Origin: an uncultured Candidatus Bathyarchaeia archaeon
GTDB lineage: Archaea; Thermoproteota; Bathyarchaeia; TCS64
NCBI GenBank assembly: GCA_964441725.1
Contig: CAYTVK010000001.1
Span: 1-27,425 of the forward strand
Length of the DNA stretch: 27,425 nt
Direction: 5' to 3'
The position numbers were made by a program, and so were the translations under genes. Of the stretch, positions 14,924-22,730 are shown in pieces. The first letter of the stretch is position 1. The number at the start of each line of letters is the position of its first letter. The notes under the pieces were generated by a model. It did not search any database. It was not told the origin of the DNA and was given only the letters and a program-made list of their open reading frames with translations.

Positions 14924-15381
14924 AAACCCACATAACCATAAACGGGAGACCACGAGACTTCGACATAGAACCCACAAAGCTACTGCTAAACCTGCTTAGA
15001 GAAGACCTTGGACTAACAGGCGCAAAATACGGGTGCGGAATCGGAGAATGCGGAGCATGCACAGTACATGTGGACGGAAAAGCAGTACTCGGATGCATGA
15101 CCCTTGCAGTGGACTGCGATGGAAAAAACGTGGAAACCATCGAGAGCCTCAGCGAAGGCACCGAGCTTAACCCCATACAACAAGCGTACCTCGACGAGGG
15201 CGCTGTACAATGTGGGTTCTGTACGCCTGGATTCATCATGACCACCAAAGCTCTGCTTGAGGAGAACCCGGACCCATCCGAGGCAGAGATCAGGAACTAT
15301 TTGAAGGGTAATCTCTGCAGGTGCACTGGCTACGTCAACATAGTGAGAGCTGTCCAGAAGGCAGCCCAAGATATGAGATGA
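14920..15381 (+). CDS. XO-family 2x[2Fe-2S] (small) subunit, enzyme 1
   Basis: 153 aa from ATG 14920 (ATGA overlap, AGGAGG upstream). Motifs: GCGIGECGACTV, LGC, QCGFCTPG, GNLCRCTGY. Confidence 0.95.
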   Translation: MKTHITINGRPRDFDIEPTKLLLNLLREDLGLTGAKYGCGIGECGACTVHVDGKAVLGCMTLAVDCDGKNVETIESLSEGTELNPIQQAYLDEGAVQCGFCTPGFIMTTKALLEENPDPSEAEIRNYLKGNLCRCTGYVNIVRAVQKAAQDMR

Positions 15382-15962
15382 AGATCGCCGCCATAGTTCT
15401 TGCGGCTGGTAAGTCTAGCCGCATGGGCTCAAACAAGCTTCTTTTATCACTCGATGGTGAATCCATCATAGAGCATATTCTGGATAATCTCTCAGAATAC
15501 GAAACCATCGTGGTCACTGGGCACCGTAGAGAGGATATTGAAGACTTGGTGAAAACGCGTGGCGTGCAAACGGTGTATAATCCTGACTATGAGCAGGGTA
15601 TGACAACGAGTTTTCAAACCGGGCTACGAAACATCGATGACGATGTGGACGCGGTTTTCATTGTACTCAGCGATACCTTCGGGTTCAGACCAAGTCTCCT
15701 GGATGAAATTGTGGAAAAAATGGAGTCAACAGGAGCCAAACTGGTGAGTCCAGTCTATGAGAGTAAACGTGGACACCCCGTACTCGTCTCCAGTGAACTG
15801 TTTTCCGAGTTCTTGAACATGAGCAGAGACAAGACCATGAAGGATGTTATCCAGCGACATGATGAGCAACACGAATACGTTGACGGAGACATCTGGACAC
15901 GAATCGACCTAGACACCCCAGAAGACTACGAAAAAGTGAAGAAACTCTGGGCTAACCGCTAA
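15378..15962 (+). CDS. mocA: Molybdenum cofactor cytidylyltransferase-like nucleotidyltransferase
   Basis: 194 aa from ATG 15378 (ATGA overlap). Motifs: IVLAAGKSSRMG.NKLLL, NPDYEQGM..S...GL, GHPV, DLDTPEDY. LAAG and GHP favour MocA over MobA. Confidence 0.8.
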   Translation: MKIAAIVLAAGKSSRMGSNKLLLSLDGESIIEHILDNLSEYETIVVTGHRREDIEDLVKTRGVQTVYNPDYEQGMTTSFQTGLRNIDDDVDAVFIVLSDTFGFRPSLLDEIVEKMESTGAKLVSPVYESKRGHPVLVSSELFSEFLNMSRDKTMKDVIQRHDEQHEYVDGDIWTRIDLDTPEDYEKVKKLWANR

Positions 15963-16141
15963 CCATTAGCCTGTCTCTCGTAATACCACCACTGCCTACC
16001 TGACCAACCAGCCAGAATCAAGCCAGAGCCAGCGGTAAGCTTCCCCACAACATCCATGATTCCCTCTGTGAGCAACGTGACTGCTAAACCTACGATGAAT
16101 AAACCCAAGCCGATGGCGTAGTTTCTCTTGTAGGGCTTCAA
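15959..16141 (-). CDS. Hypothetical 60-aa two-helix membrane protein, last gene of XO-family operon 2
   Basis: TTG start 3 nt after the xdhC stop, preceded by AGAGGA. Two hydrophobic Gly-rich segments. Fills the gap exactly up to a 4-nt overlap with the mocA stop. Confidence 0.6.
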   Translation of the reverse strand: MKPYKRNYAIGLGLFIVGLAVTLLTEGIMDVVGKLTAGSGLILAGWSGRQWWYYERQANG

Positions 16142-16144
16142 TGG

Positions 16145-16924
16145 TTATCCTCTTTTCTTCTGGATTAGCTCCGCTACGATGCTGATAGCGATCTCTTCAG
16201 GCGTCTCTGCCTCTATCTCCAAGCCGATTGGTCCCTTGATCTTCTCAACAGTGGTATCATCAAAGCCCTCTGCTATGAGCTGTTTCACATGCTCCTTTCG
16301 CTTGTTACTACTTCCCAGCAACCCAATGTACGCTGAGTCAGCCTTGACAGCATATCTTAGTCCATTGATCTCGAAATCCGTCTCACCGTGCAACATTGCA
16401 ACATAGTCGCTGGGTCTTATCTCGACACTCTGCAGGCTATCAGGGTACTTTGTGTTGACTATCGTCATCTCTGGGAAGTTTTCAGCCGTAGCAGTATGCG
16501 CATCATCAACGATTATTATCGTGAATCCGCAATCCTTTGCGTATCTCGCCGCAGCCTGCGCTATCAAGCCGCTTCCCATTATGATCAATCTAGGGTCAGG
16601 TGTTATTGGGTCCATGAATATCTTCACCTCTCCACCGCATTTGCTATTGACGGGTATCATTCCTTCTCTAGTCGGAATACCCATCGCGAAATGATATGAC
16701 CGGGGGTTGCCTTCCTTCATCACCTCAAGGGCTCTGCCTACAAGCAGTCGCTCCATCCCTCCCCCTCCAATAGTGCCGATGGCTTCACCTTTGCTCGTCA
16801 CCAGCATCTTGGCTCCGGGGTCTCGAGGGCCTGAACCTTCCTTATAGTAGAGGGTGCAGAGGACAGCTGTTCTGCCGGCTTCTAGTTCCTCGTTGAGTCG
16901 TTTGATGATGTCCTGTTCACTCAG
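16145..16924 (-). CDS. xdhC: XdhC/CoxI-family Moco chaperone
   Basis: Motifs: GSGPRDPGAKM, GTIGGG, CGGEV, YIGLLGS, GPIGLEI.AETPEEIAISI.AELI. The homologous N-terminus extends 39 codons upstream of ATG 16807 to a CTG at 16924, with an in-frame stop at 16930-16928. Confidence 0.88.
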   Translation of the reverse strand: MSEQDIIKRLNEELEAGRTAVLCTLYYKEGSGPRDPGAKMLVTSKGEAIGTIGGGGMERLLVGRALEVMKEGNPRSYHFAMGIPTREGMIPVNSKCGGEVKIFMDPITPDPRLIIMGSGLIAQAAARYAKDCGFTIIIVDDAHTATAENFPEMTIVNTKYPDSLQSVEIRPSDYVAMLHGETDFEINGLRYAVKADSAYIGLLGSSNKRKEHVKQLIAEGFDDTTVEKIKGPIGLEIEAETPEEIAISIVAELIQKKRG

Positions 16925-17384
16925 GTGCTATCCTCTCCGCTGCGTCGAGGACCGCCTCGATGATCTTTGTGAATCCTGTGCAGCGGCAGATGTTACCCTC
17001 AATGCCTATTTTCACCTCATCGGGTGTAGGATGGGGGTTATCCCTGAGTAATGCGTAGCTGCTGATGAGCATTCCCGGTGTACAGAATCCACACTGTATC
17101 GCCCCGTTCTCGATGAACGCATCTCTGAGATCGATCATCATCGGGTTATGCTCAAGTCCCTCAAGGGTGGTGATGTGGCGTCCCTCAGCCTGTGGAGCCA
17201 GTATGATGCAGCTCGTCATGGGTAACCCATCGACCAGTACTGTGCAGGCTCCGCACTCGCCGTGTTCACAGCCCTTCTTGACGCTGTGTATTTCCAACTC
17301 GTTTCGCAGCATATCCGTTAGGCTCGTGTACGGTGTGGTCTCTGCCTCAACTTTCTTGCCGTTTAGCTCGAATGTCACTTTCAT
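16917..17384 (-). CDS. XO-family 2x[2Fe-2S] (small) subunit, enzyme 2
   Basis: 155 aa from ATG 17384 (GAGGTGA upstream). Motifs: GCEHGECGACTV, TSC, QCGFCTPG, GNICRCTGF. Confidence 0.95.
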   Translation of the reverse strand: MKVTFELNGKKVEAETTPYTSLTDMLRNELEIHSVKKGCEHGECGACTVLVDGLPMTSCIILAPQAEGRHITTLEGLEHNPMMIDLRDAFIENGAIQCGFCTPGMLISSYALLRDNPHPTPDEVKIGIEGNICRCTGFTKIIEAVLDAAERIAPE

Positions 17385-17389
17385 ATAAT

Positions 17390-18253
17390 TCACCTCATCC
17401 TCTCCATGCACGTCAGCAACGCTCTGCGCATCAAAACCGGGCACATGTCCCGTCTATACTCCTCTGTTCCACGTACATCGGTGATGGGTTTCACATACTC
17501 CCTTACCGCCTCAGACGCTTCCTTGACGTTTTCCATGGTTAGCTCTTTACCCTTGAGCATCTCCTCCACATCTGATACTCTGAGGGGTGTCATAGCTACG
17601 CTGCCGAAGGCAATACCAGCCTCGATACATACGTTTTCTTCTGCCTGAATGTACACGGCTGCGCTGACAACTGATAAAGTGAATGCCTTTCTCCTACCAA
17701 TACGCTTGTAGGCACTGCTAGAATTTACAGGAGGCTTGGGCATCCTTATCTCGGTTACCAGTTCACTGGGCTCTAGACAGTTAATCTTGGGCCCTACGAA
17801 CAATTCCTCGATGGGTAGAATATGCGTTGAGTCAGCAGACCTTATCTCGATCTCCGCGTTATGTACAATGAGTGGACACGCTGTATCCGCAGCGGGTGAA
17901 GCGTTTACTATGTTTCCCGTGATGGTTCCCCTGTTTCTTATCTGGGGGCTGCCTATGCGGCTTACGGCGTCATAGAGAGCCGGTACGCTGGCTGTTAATG
18001 GATTTGAGGCGACCTGACTGTGAGTCGTAGTTGCCCCAATCTTGATGTAGCCTTCCTCCTCTATGATGTAGTTAAGATCAGGAATCCTGTTCAAGTCAAC
18101 TATATGGCTTGGATTGCACGCTGCCTGTCTCATGGATACCATGAGGTCGGTTCCGCCGATGATGGGTTTCGCCTCATCCAGCTCCGCGAGGAGTTCCAGT
18201 GCCCCCGCCAGAGTCACTGGGGCATGATATTCAAACTTGGGTATGGGGTTCAT
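17390..18253 (-). CDS. XO-family FAD-binding (medium) subunit, enzyme 2
   Basis: 287 aa. Motifs: GGTDLMV, IGATTT, IGSPQIRNRGTITGN.VNASPAAD, LF.GP, PITDVRGTEEYR. Confidence 0.93.
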   Translation of the reverse strand: MNPIPKFEYHAPVTLAGALELLAELDEAKPIIGGTDLMVSMRQAACNPSHIVDLNRIPDLNYIIEEEGYIKIGATTTHSQVASNPLTASVPALYDAVSRIGSPQIRNRGTITGNIVNASPAADTACPLIVHNAEIEIRSADSTHILPIEELFVGPKINCLEPSELVTEIRMPKPPVNSSSAYKRIGRRKAFTLSVVSAAVYIQAEENVCIEAGIAFGSVAMTPLRVSDVEEMLKGKELTMENVKEASEAVREYVKPITDVRGTEEYRRDMCPVLMRRALLTCMERMR

Positions 18254-20565
18254 TGCTGGTCCTCCTTCAAAGCCTTATACAGTGTCCAAGGCCTGATGGG
18301 TATGGCGCTGAATCGTTTACCCGTGGCGTGATAGATGGCGTTGGTTATTGTGGGTACTATGCTGATGATGGCCGGTTCTCCTACTCCTTTTGCTCCGAAA
18401 GCACCGTGTTTGTATGGTTTCTCGATTATTATGCATGGTTCGATCTCAGGTGTGTCTAGGCTGCATGGTACTACGTAGTCTGTGAAGTTGGGGTTGATGA
18501 CCTGTCCCTTGCCGTTGAGCTCCATGTTCTCCATCAACGCGAAGCCCAGTCCTTGGCTTATGGCTCCCTCTATTTGGCCTTCGATGATCATGGGGTCGAT
18601 GGCTTTGCCGCAGTCCATGGCAGGCCAGATGTGTGTCACCCGTGTTTCCCCTGTCTCAGTGTCAACCTCCACCTCGGCGACTGTGGCTGCAAAAGTGTAG
18701 ACACTGTAGTTGACTCCTAGCCCTGTTTCTGGGTCGAAGAACCGCTTGGGTGCTTTGAAGTATCCGTATGCTCCGGGGTCGTAGCCTCTGAGGTACATTT
18801 CCTCGGCTAATTCTTTGACCGATATGCTGGTGTTCGCATCTTTTTTATCATATGCCTTGCCGTCTCTTAGCTCGATTCTGTCCTCAGGTATCTCGAAAAG
18901 CTCCGCTGCGCAAGCCACCATGTTTTCCCTGAGCTTCAAGGCTGCCTTGGCTGCCGCTGTTCCTCCCAGCATGAGACCTCGGCTTCCGTGGGTCGGCTTG
19001 GCATTCAGAGTGCTGTCTGTGTCCGGTAATTCGATGCTGATCTTATCAATGGGTATGCCTGTGATCTCTGAGACTATCTTGATGTGTCCGAAGGGGCTTC
19101 CCTGCCCTATCTCAACGATGCCTGTACGGTAGTTGATGCTTCCATCCTGATTCAGCAGTAGGCTTGCAGCGCTCCAGTCAGGAGTGCTGCGGCTGGTGCT
19201 GATACCGTGATAGGCTAATCCGACGCCATATCCCTTCACCTTGGTGCCGTTCCAGACTGGTTCACGATGTTTAGCCCAATCAGATGCGTCTCTTACTGCT
19301 TCAAGGCATTCCTTGATGCCTACGCTGTGGTCAAGCACCTGATCGCACGTGGTCTTACTGCCCACAGTAAGCACGTTGTTTAGTCTGAACTCTATGGGGT
19401 CCATGTTTAACTCGTAGGCGAGCTTATCCATCTGCTGCTCCGCAGCAAAGTGTAGCGCGAGGTCTCCGAATCCTCTGAAGCTGCCTCCGTAGACCTTGTT
19501 TGTGTAGACTGCTCTTCCATCTATGCTGCAGTTATCAACCTCGTAGGGGCCTGCTGCATGCGCTGTCTGTCTCCATAACCAGAATGGGCTTCTGTTTGCG
19601 TAGGCTCCGCACTCGAGGGTTATATCTACCTCGATGGCTGTAACCTTTCCAGCTTTGTTAGCGCCGCTTCTGTACTTGATGCGCGCCGGGAACCGCTTAT
19701 TGCTATATGCAAGGCTCTCCTCCCGGTTCCAGATATGAGCCACAGGTTTACCCAGCTTAGTCGCAGCGAACGCGGCATAGGCCGTCACCAATGGTCCCTG
19801 ATCGTCTTTTCCACCGAATGCTCCCCCCGTGAGCGCCTGTACGATCCTAACCTGATTCAAGTCCCATCCCAGCACGTGCGCTACTTTCTCTCTGCAAAGG
19901 AACGGGCTCTGGCCATTTGCGATTACAGTGACCTTGTTGGTTCCCTCCGGGATGGCGTAGGCTGCCTCGGTCTCGATGTACATGTGATCCTGATATGGGC
20001 TCCAGTAGGTGTCCTCGACCTCCACATCTGCATCTTTGAAGCCCTTCTCCGCGTCGCCTTTTCTTATCTTCGTAGTGACCGCGATGTTTCCGCCTTCATG
20101 AATATCCATAGCGTCTTGTGCCTGAGCTGCGTCCACATCCAGATAGGCTGGCAGTGGATCATAATCTACACGGATACTGTTCATCGCCTCGGATGCAGCG
20201 TATTCGTCACGAGCTACTATGAGAGCTATAGGGTCTCCCACATAGTGGACCTTCTCGTAGTTCAAGAATGGTTGATCGGGTAAAGCATAGCCGATCTGGT
20301 TATTCCCGGTGACGTCGGCTCCAGTGTAGACCGCCTCAACTCCTGGTATCTTGAAGGCATCCGATGTATCAATCGATTTTATCATTGCATGCGCCATGCT
20401 GCTCCTGAATACCTTTAGGATGGAGGTATCTCTGGGTACGTAGTCAGCGGTGTAGCGTGCTTTTCCGAGTGCCTTATCGAGGGCGTCGGTTCTGATCACG
20501 TTTTTTCCAACTACTAGGAACTCCTTCCTGCCCAGAATATCGGTTAGTATCTTATCGTACTCCAA
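18250..20565 (-). CDS. Xanthine oxidase family molybdopterin-binding (large) subunit, enzyme 2, substrate unknown
   Basis: 771 aa, TTG start. Motifs: R.DA.DK..G.A.Y.AD, HYVGD, H.YIE.E, GGAFGGK, SFRGFG, EIGQG, GKAIDP..IEGQIEG...QG, GAFGAKGVGE. Confidence 0.93.
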   Translation of the reverse strand: MEYDKILTDILGRKEFLVVGKNVIRTDALDKALGKARYTADYVPRDTSILKVFRSSMAHAMIKSIDTSDAFKIPGVEAVYTGADVTGNNQIGYALPDQPFLNYEKVHYVGDPIALIVARDEYAASEAMNSIRVDYDPLPAYLDVDAAQAQDAMDIHEGGNIAVTTKIRKGDAEKGFKDADVEVEDTYWSPYQDHMYIETEAAYAIPEGTNKVTVIANGQSPFLCREKVAHVLGWDLNQVRIVQALTGGAFGGKDDQGPLVTAYAAFAATKLGKPVAHIWNREESLAYSNKRFPARIKYRSGANKAGKVTAIEVDITLECGAYANRSPFWLWRQTAHAAGPYEVDNCSIDGRAVYTNKVYGGSFRGFGDLALHFAAEQQMDKLAYELNMDPIEFRLNNVLTVGSKTTCDQVLDHSVGIKECLEAVRDASDWAKHREPVWNGTKVKGYGVGLAYHGISTSRSTPDWSAASLLLNQDGSINYRTGIVEIGQGSPFGHIKIVSEITGIPIDKISIELPDTDSTLNAKPTHGSRGLMLGGTAAAKAALKLRENMVACAAELFEIPEDRIELRDGKAYDKKDANTSISVKELAEEMYLRGYDPGAYGYFKAPKRFFDPETGLGVNYSVYTFAATVAEVEVDTETGETRVTHIWPAMDCGKAIDPMIIEGQIEGAISQGLGFALMENMELNGKGQVINPNFTDYVVPCSLDTPEIEPCIIIEKPYKHGAFGAKGVGEPAIISIVPTITNAIYHATGKRFSAIPIRPWTLYKALKEDQQ

Positions 20566-20609
20566 GTTGAAACATCCAGTGATAGTTGAATTAGGGTAGG
20601 GGTGAATAG

Positions 20610-21170
20610 CTAAATAAAAGAATCTCCCAGTGAGTCCCAGAAATCCTTCCTGTTTGCCTCCATGACGAGTACCTTTTCCTCTTTATGGAATACATTGAGA
20701 ACGTTATCGATCTTATCCGTCCTGCAGAGTATCAGGAGTTTTCCGCCTCCCCGTAAAGCCTCAACTACCCTCAATAGCCCCTGATATAATCCGAATCCCC
20801 GCACCTCAAGATGCCCATACTCATCTACCACCACCAAGGTTTTCTCGTCCATCAAATGAGCTGCCTCTATCATGCTATCGTTGGCTAGTTTGAACGCGTT
20901 CTCGTTGTAGAGAAATGGTCCCCTCAACTGTTTCCACTCTTCCCCCGAGACCTCTGTCTCCCTGTAGACCATTTTGACGATCTGCTCTGTCCGAGGGTAG
21001 AAGCCATCATATCCAATGGTTTCTCTGCCTCTCATAACTCGTCTGCTAATAACCCCGAAGACCCTATATCCATTGACTTTCGCTCTGTTAGCGATCTGTT
21101 CGGCTCGGTTTGATTTACCTGAGCCTATTGGGCCGTGCACGATGAGTACTTGCGGGTTCAACTCGAACAT
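20610..21170 (-). CDS. Small P-loop NTPase (NTPase_1/DUF2478-like)
   Basis: 186 aa. Walker A GPIGSGKS, G..S...M.G....GYD, Walker B LVVVDEYG.LE..G.G. Co-oriented, 44 bp upstream of XO large subunit 2. Confidence 0.75.
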   Translation of the reverse strand: MFELNPQVLIVHGPIGSGKSNRAEQIANRAKVNGYRVFGVISRRVMRGRETIGYDGFYPRTEQIVKMVYRETEVSGEEWKQLRGPFLYNENAFKLANDSMIEAAHLMDEKTLVVVDEYGHLEVRGFGLYQGLLRVVEALRGGGKLLILCRTDKIDNVLNVFHKEEKVLVMEANRKDFWDSLGDSFI

Positions 21171-21261
21171 TCAATACGGTATCTGTGTCTTGAGTCTTAC
21201 CTTCATTAGATCGACGGCGTGCCCTTTTTAACACCACAGACGAGTTCTCATATAGATTAAA

Positions 21262-22698
21262 TTGGCTTTCCCCCGCTTCATACGCAGCAAGATCGTGTGC
21301 ACCATAGGCCCAGCCTCGAGCAGTCCAACGGTTTTGGACAAGATGCTGAATGCAGGCATGGATGTTGCCCGAATCAACATGAGCCATGGATCACTTGAAG
21401 AGGATAGACCCATCATCGAGTACCTCCGCGAAAAAGGAAACTGCAGTATTCTTGTTGATCTTCCGGGCCCCAAGATTAGACTCGGTGATATATCTGAACC
21501 ATTCAACGTTGAGGAAGGCCAACCGCTACACTTCACCTCAAAGAATATCCTAGGAGATGCATCTAATCTATCCGTAAACTATGAGAAGCTACCATCTGAG
21601 GTTCACGTCGGTGGGCACCTCTTCATCAATGACGGGATCATTGACTTGGAGATAACCGGCGTTGATCAGGATCTGAAGGGGTTCTCAGCTAAGGTGATCT
21701 CAGGGGGTGAGATCTCCAGCAGGAAAGGCATCAACGCCCCCGGTGCGAAACTCTCCCTGTCCCCCCCAACTGAGAAGGATTTAATGGGCATCCGTTTTGG
21801 TGTTGAGATGGATTGTGACTGGTTTGCAGCCAGCTTCATCAGGTCAAAAGATGACGTTGAGGCTGTTAAGGCTGCAATAATGGAGCATGGTGGAGATCAG
21901 CCAATTATTAGTAAGATAGAGCACGCGGAAGCCATCCATAACATCAACGAGATAATTGACGCAAGCGATGGCATAATGGTGGCCAGAGGCGACTTAGGCA
22001 TCGAAATACCTCCATGGGATGTCCCCCTTCTCCAGAAGAAGATCATCAAGGCATGCAACCTCAAAGGGAAGCCGGTTATCGTGGCCACCCAGATGCTGGA
22101 GTCCATGATGCAGAACCCGAGACCCACAAGGGCTGAGGCGAGTGATGTCGCTAATGCGTTGCTTGATGGAGCAGACGCCGTTATGCTAAGCGGCGAAACC
22201 GCCGTTGGCAAGTACCCGGCTGAGGCTGTGCGTGCCATGAATAACATCGGCTGGGTTGTGCAGGAGCAGATCTCAACACATGAACAGAGTGAGATGAGGG
22301 GATTTCCTCTCTCAGACATTATCGGGGGTCTCGCCTCCAGAGCCGTCTACGCGGTTGAGCCCGCTGCGATAATCGTTGTTACACGCAGCGGCTTCAGCGC
22401 CCTCATGGTGAGTAAACATAGGCCAAAGACCAGCATACTCACCGTCACTAAGGACATCAGGGTTAGTCGGCGCATGTACATGTACTGGGGGGTTCGACCC
22501 ATCGATGTAAAGTGGACCGATGACCGGGATGAACTCATAATAAGAGCCATCAACCGAAGCCTCGAACAGGGATACATCTTCCGCAGCGACGTAGTTGAGG
22601 TGGTTTCCGGCTCTACGCTGATAGCTCCGGGTTTGACCACCACTTTGGAGATATTGAAGGTTGAAGACATCCTTCATAGGGCTGAGCGCAGAGACTAA
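21262..22698 (+). CDS. pyk: Pyruvate kinase
   Basis: 478 aa, TTG start. Motifs: IVCTIGPAS, ARINMSHG, DLPGPKIR (Lys at the position associated with K+-independent PKs), SKIE, MVARGDLGIE, ATQMLESM, PTRAEASDVANA, MLSGETA.GKYP. Confidence 0.96.
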   Translation: MAFPRFIRSKIVCTIGPASSSPTVLDKMLNAGMDVARINMSHGSLEEDRPIIEYLREKGNCSILVDLPGPKIRLGDISEPFNVEEGQPLHFTSKNILGDASNLSVNYEKLPSEVHVGGHLFINDGIIDLEITGVDQDLKGFSAKVISGGEISSRKGINAPGAKLSLSPPTEKDLMGIRFGVEMDCDWFAASFIRSKDDVEAVKAAIMEHGGDQPIISKIEHAEAIHNINEIIDASDGIMVARGDLGIEIPPWDVPLLQKKIIKACNLKGKPVIVATQMLESMMQNPRPTRAEASDVANALLDGADAVMLSGETAVGKYPAEAVRAMNNIGWVVQEQISTHEQSEMRGFPLSDIIGGLASRAVYAVEPAAIIVVTRSGFSALMVSKHRPKTSILTVTKDIRVSRRMYMYWGVRPIDVKWTDDRDELIIRAINRSLEQGYIFRSDVVEVVSGSTLIAPGLTTTLEILKVEDILHRAERRD

Positions 22699-22730
22699 GT
22701 TTTATCACCCTATTTCACCCATTGAGATGT

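Noticed and set aside
13741-15180. Patchy base composition (about 33% T at 13801-13860 versus about 10% T at 14881-14940) as evidence of mosaicism or recombination
   Set aside because: Only two 60-nt windows were counted, and amino-acid content or expression-linked codon use could explain it. It needs a sliding-window codon analysis.
15950-15971. Hairpin GGCTAA-N10-TTAGCC at the convergent operon junction as a bidirectional terminator
   Set aside because: Only a 6-bp stem with no U-tract. It is explained by both genes ending in Ala-Asn codons.
14027-18253. 4-hydroxybenzoyl-CoA-reductase-type (reductive) enzymes
   Set aside because: Both FAD subunits are under 300 aa and run GN..NASPAAD without the Cys-containing [4Fe-4S] insert characteristic of HcrB.
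11676-20565. Aerobic CO dehydrogenase (CoxLMS) annotation for either operon
   Set aside because: Neither large subunit has AYxCSFR or AYRGAGR; the loops are AFRGYG and SFRGFG. No coxDEG genes are present.
11676-21170. Selenium-dependent molybdenum hydroxylase system or selenocysteine readthrough
   Set aside because: No selD or yqeC-like gene is in the window, and no reading frame needs an in-frame TGA. It cannot be excluded for genes elsewhere in the genome.
21115-21536. ORFs 21115-21387 and 21228-21536 on the minus strand
   Set aside because: They overlap pyk in antisense and cross the NTPase/pyk divergent promoter, with no motifs.
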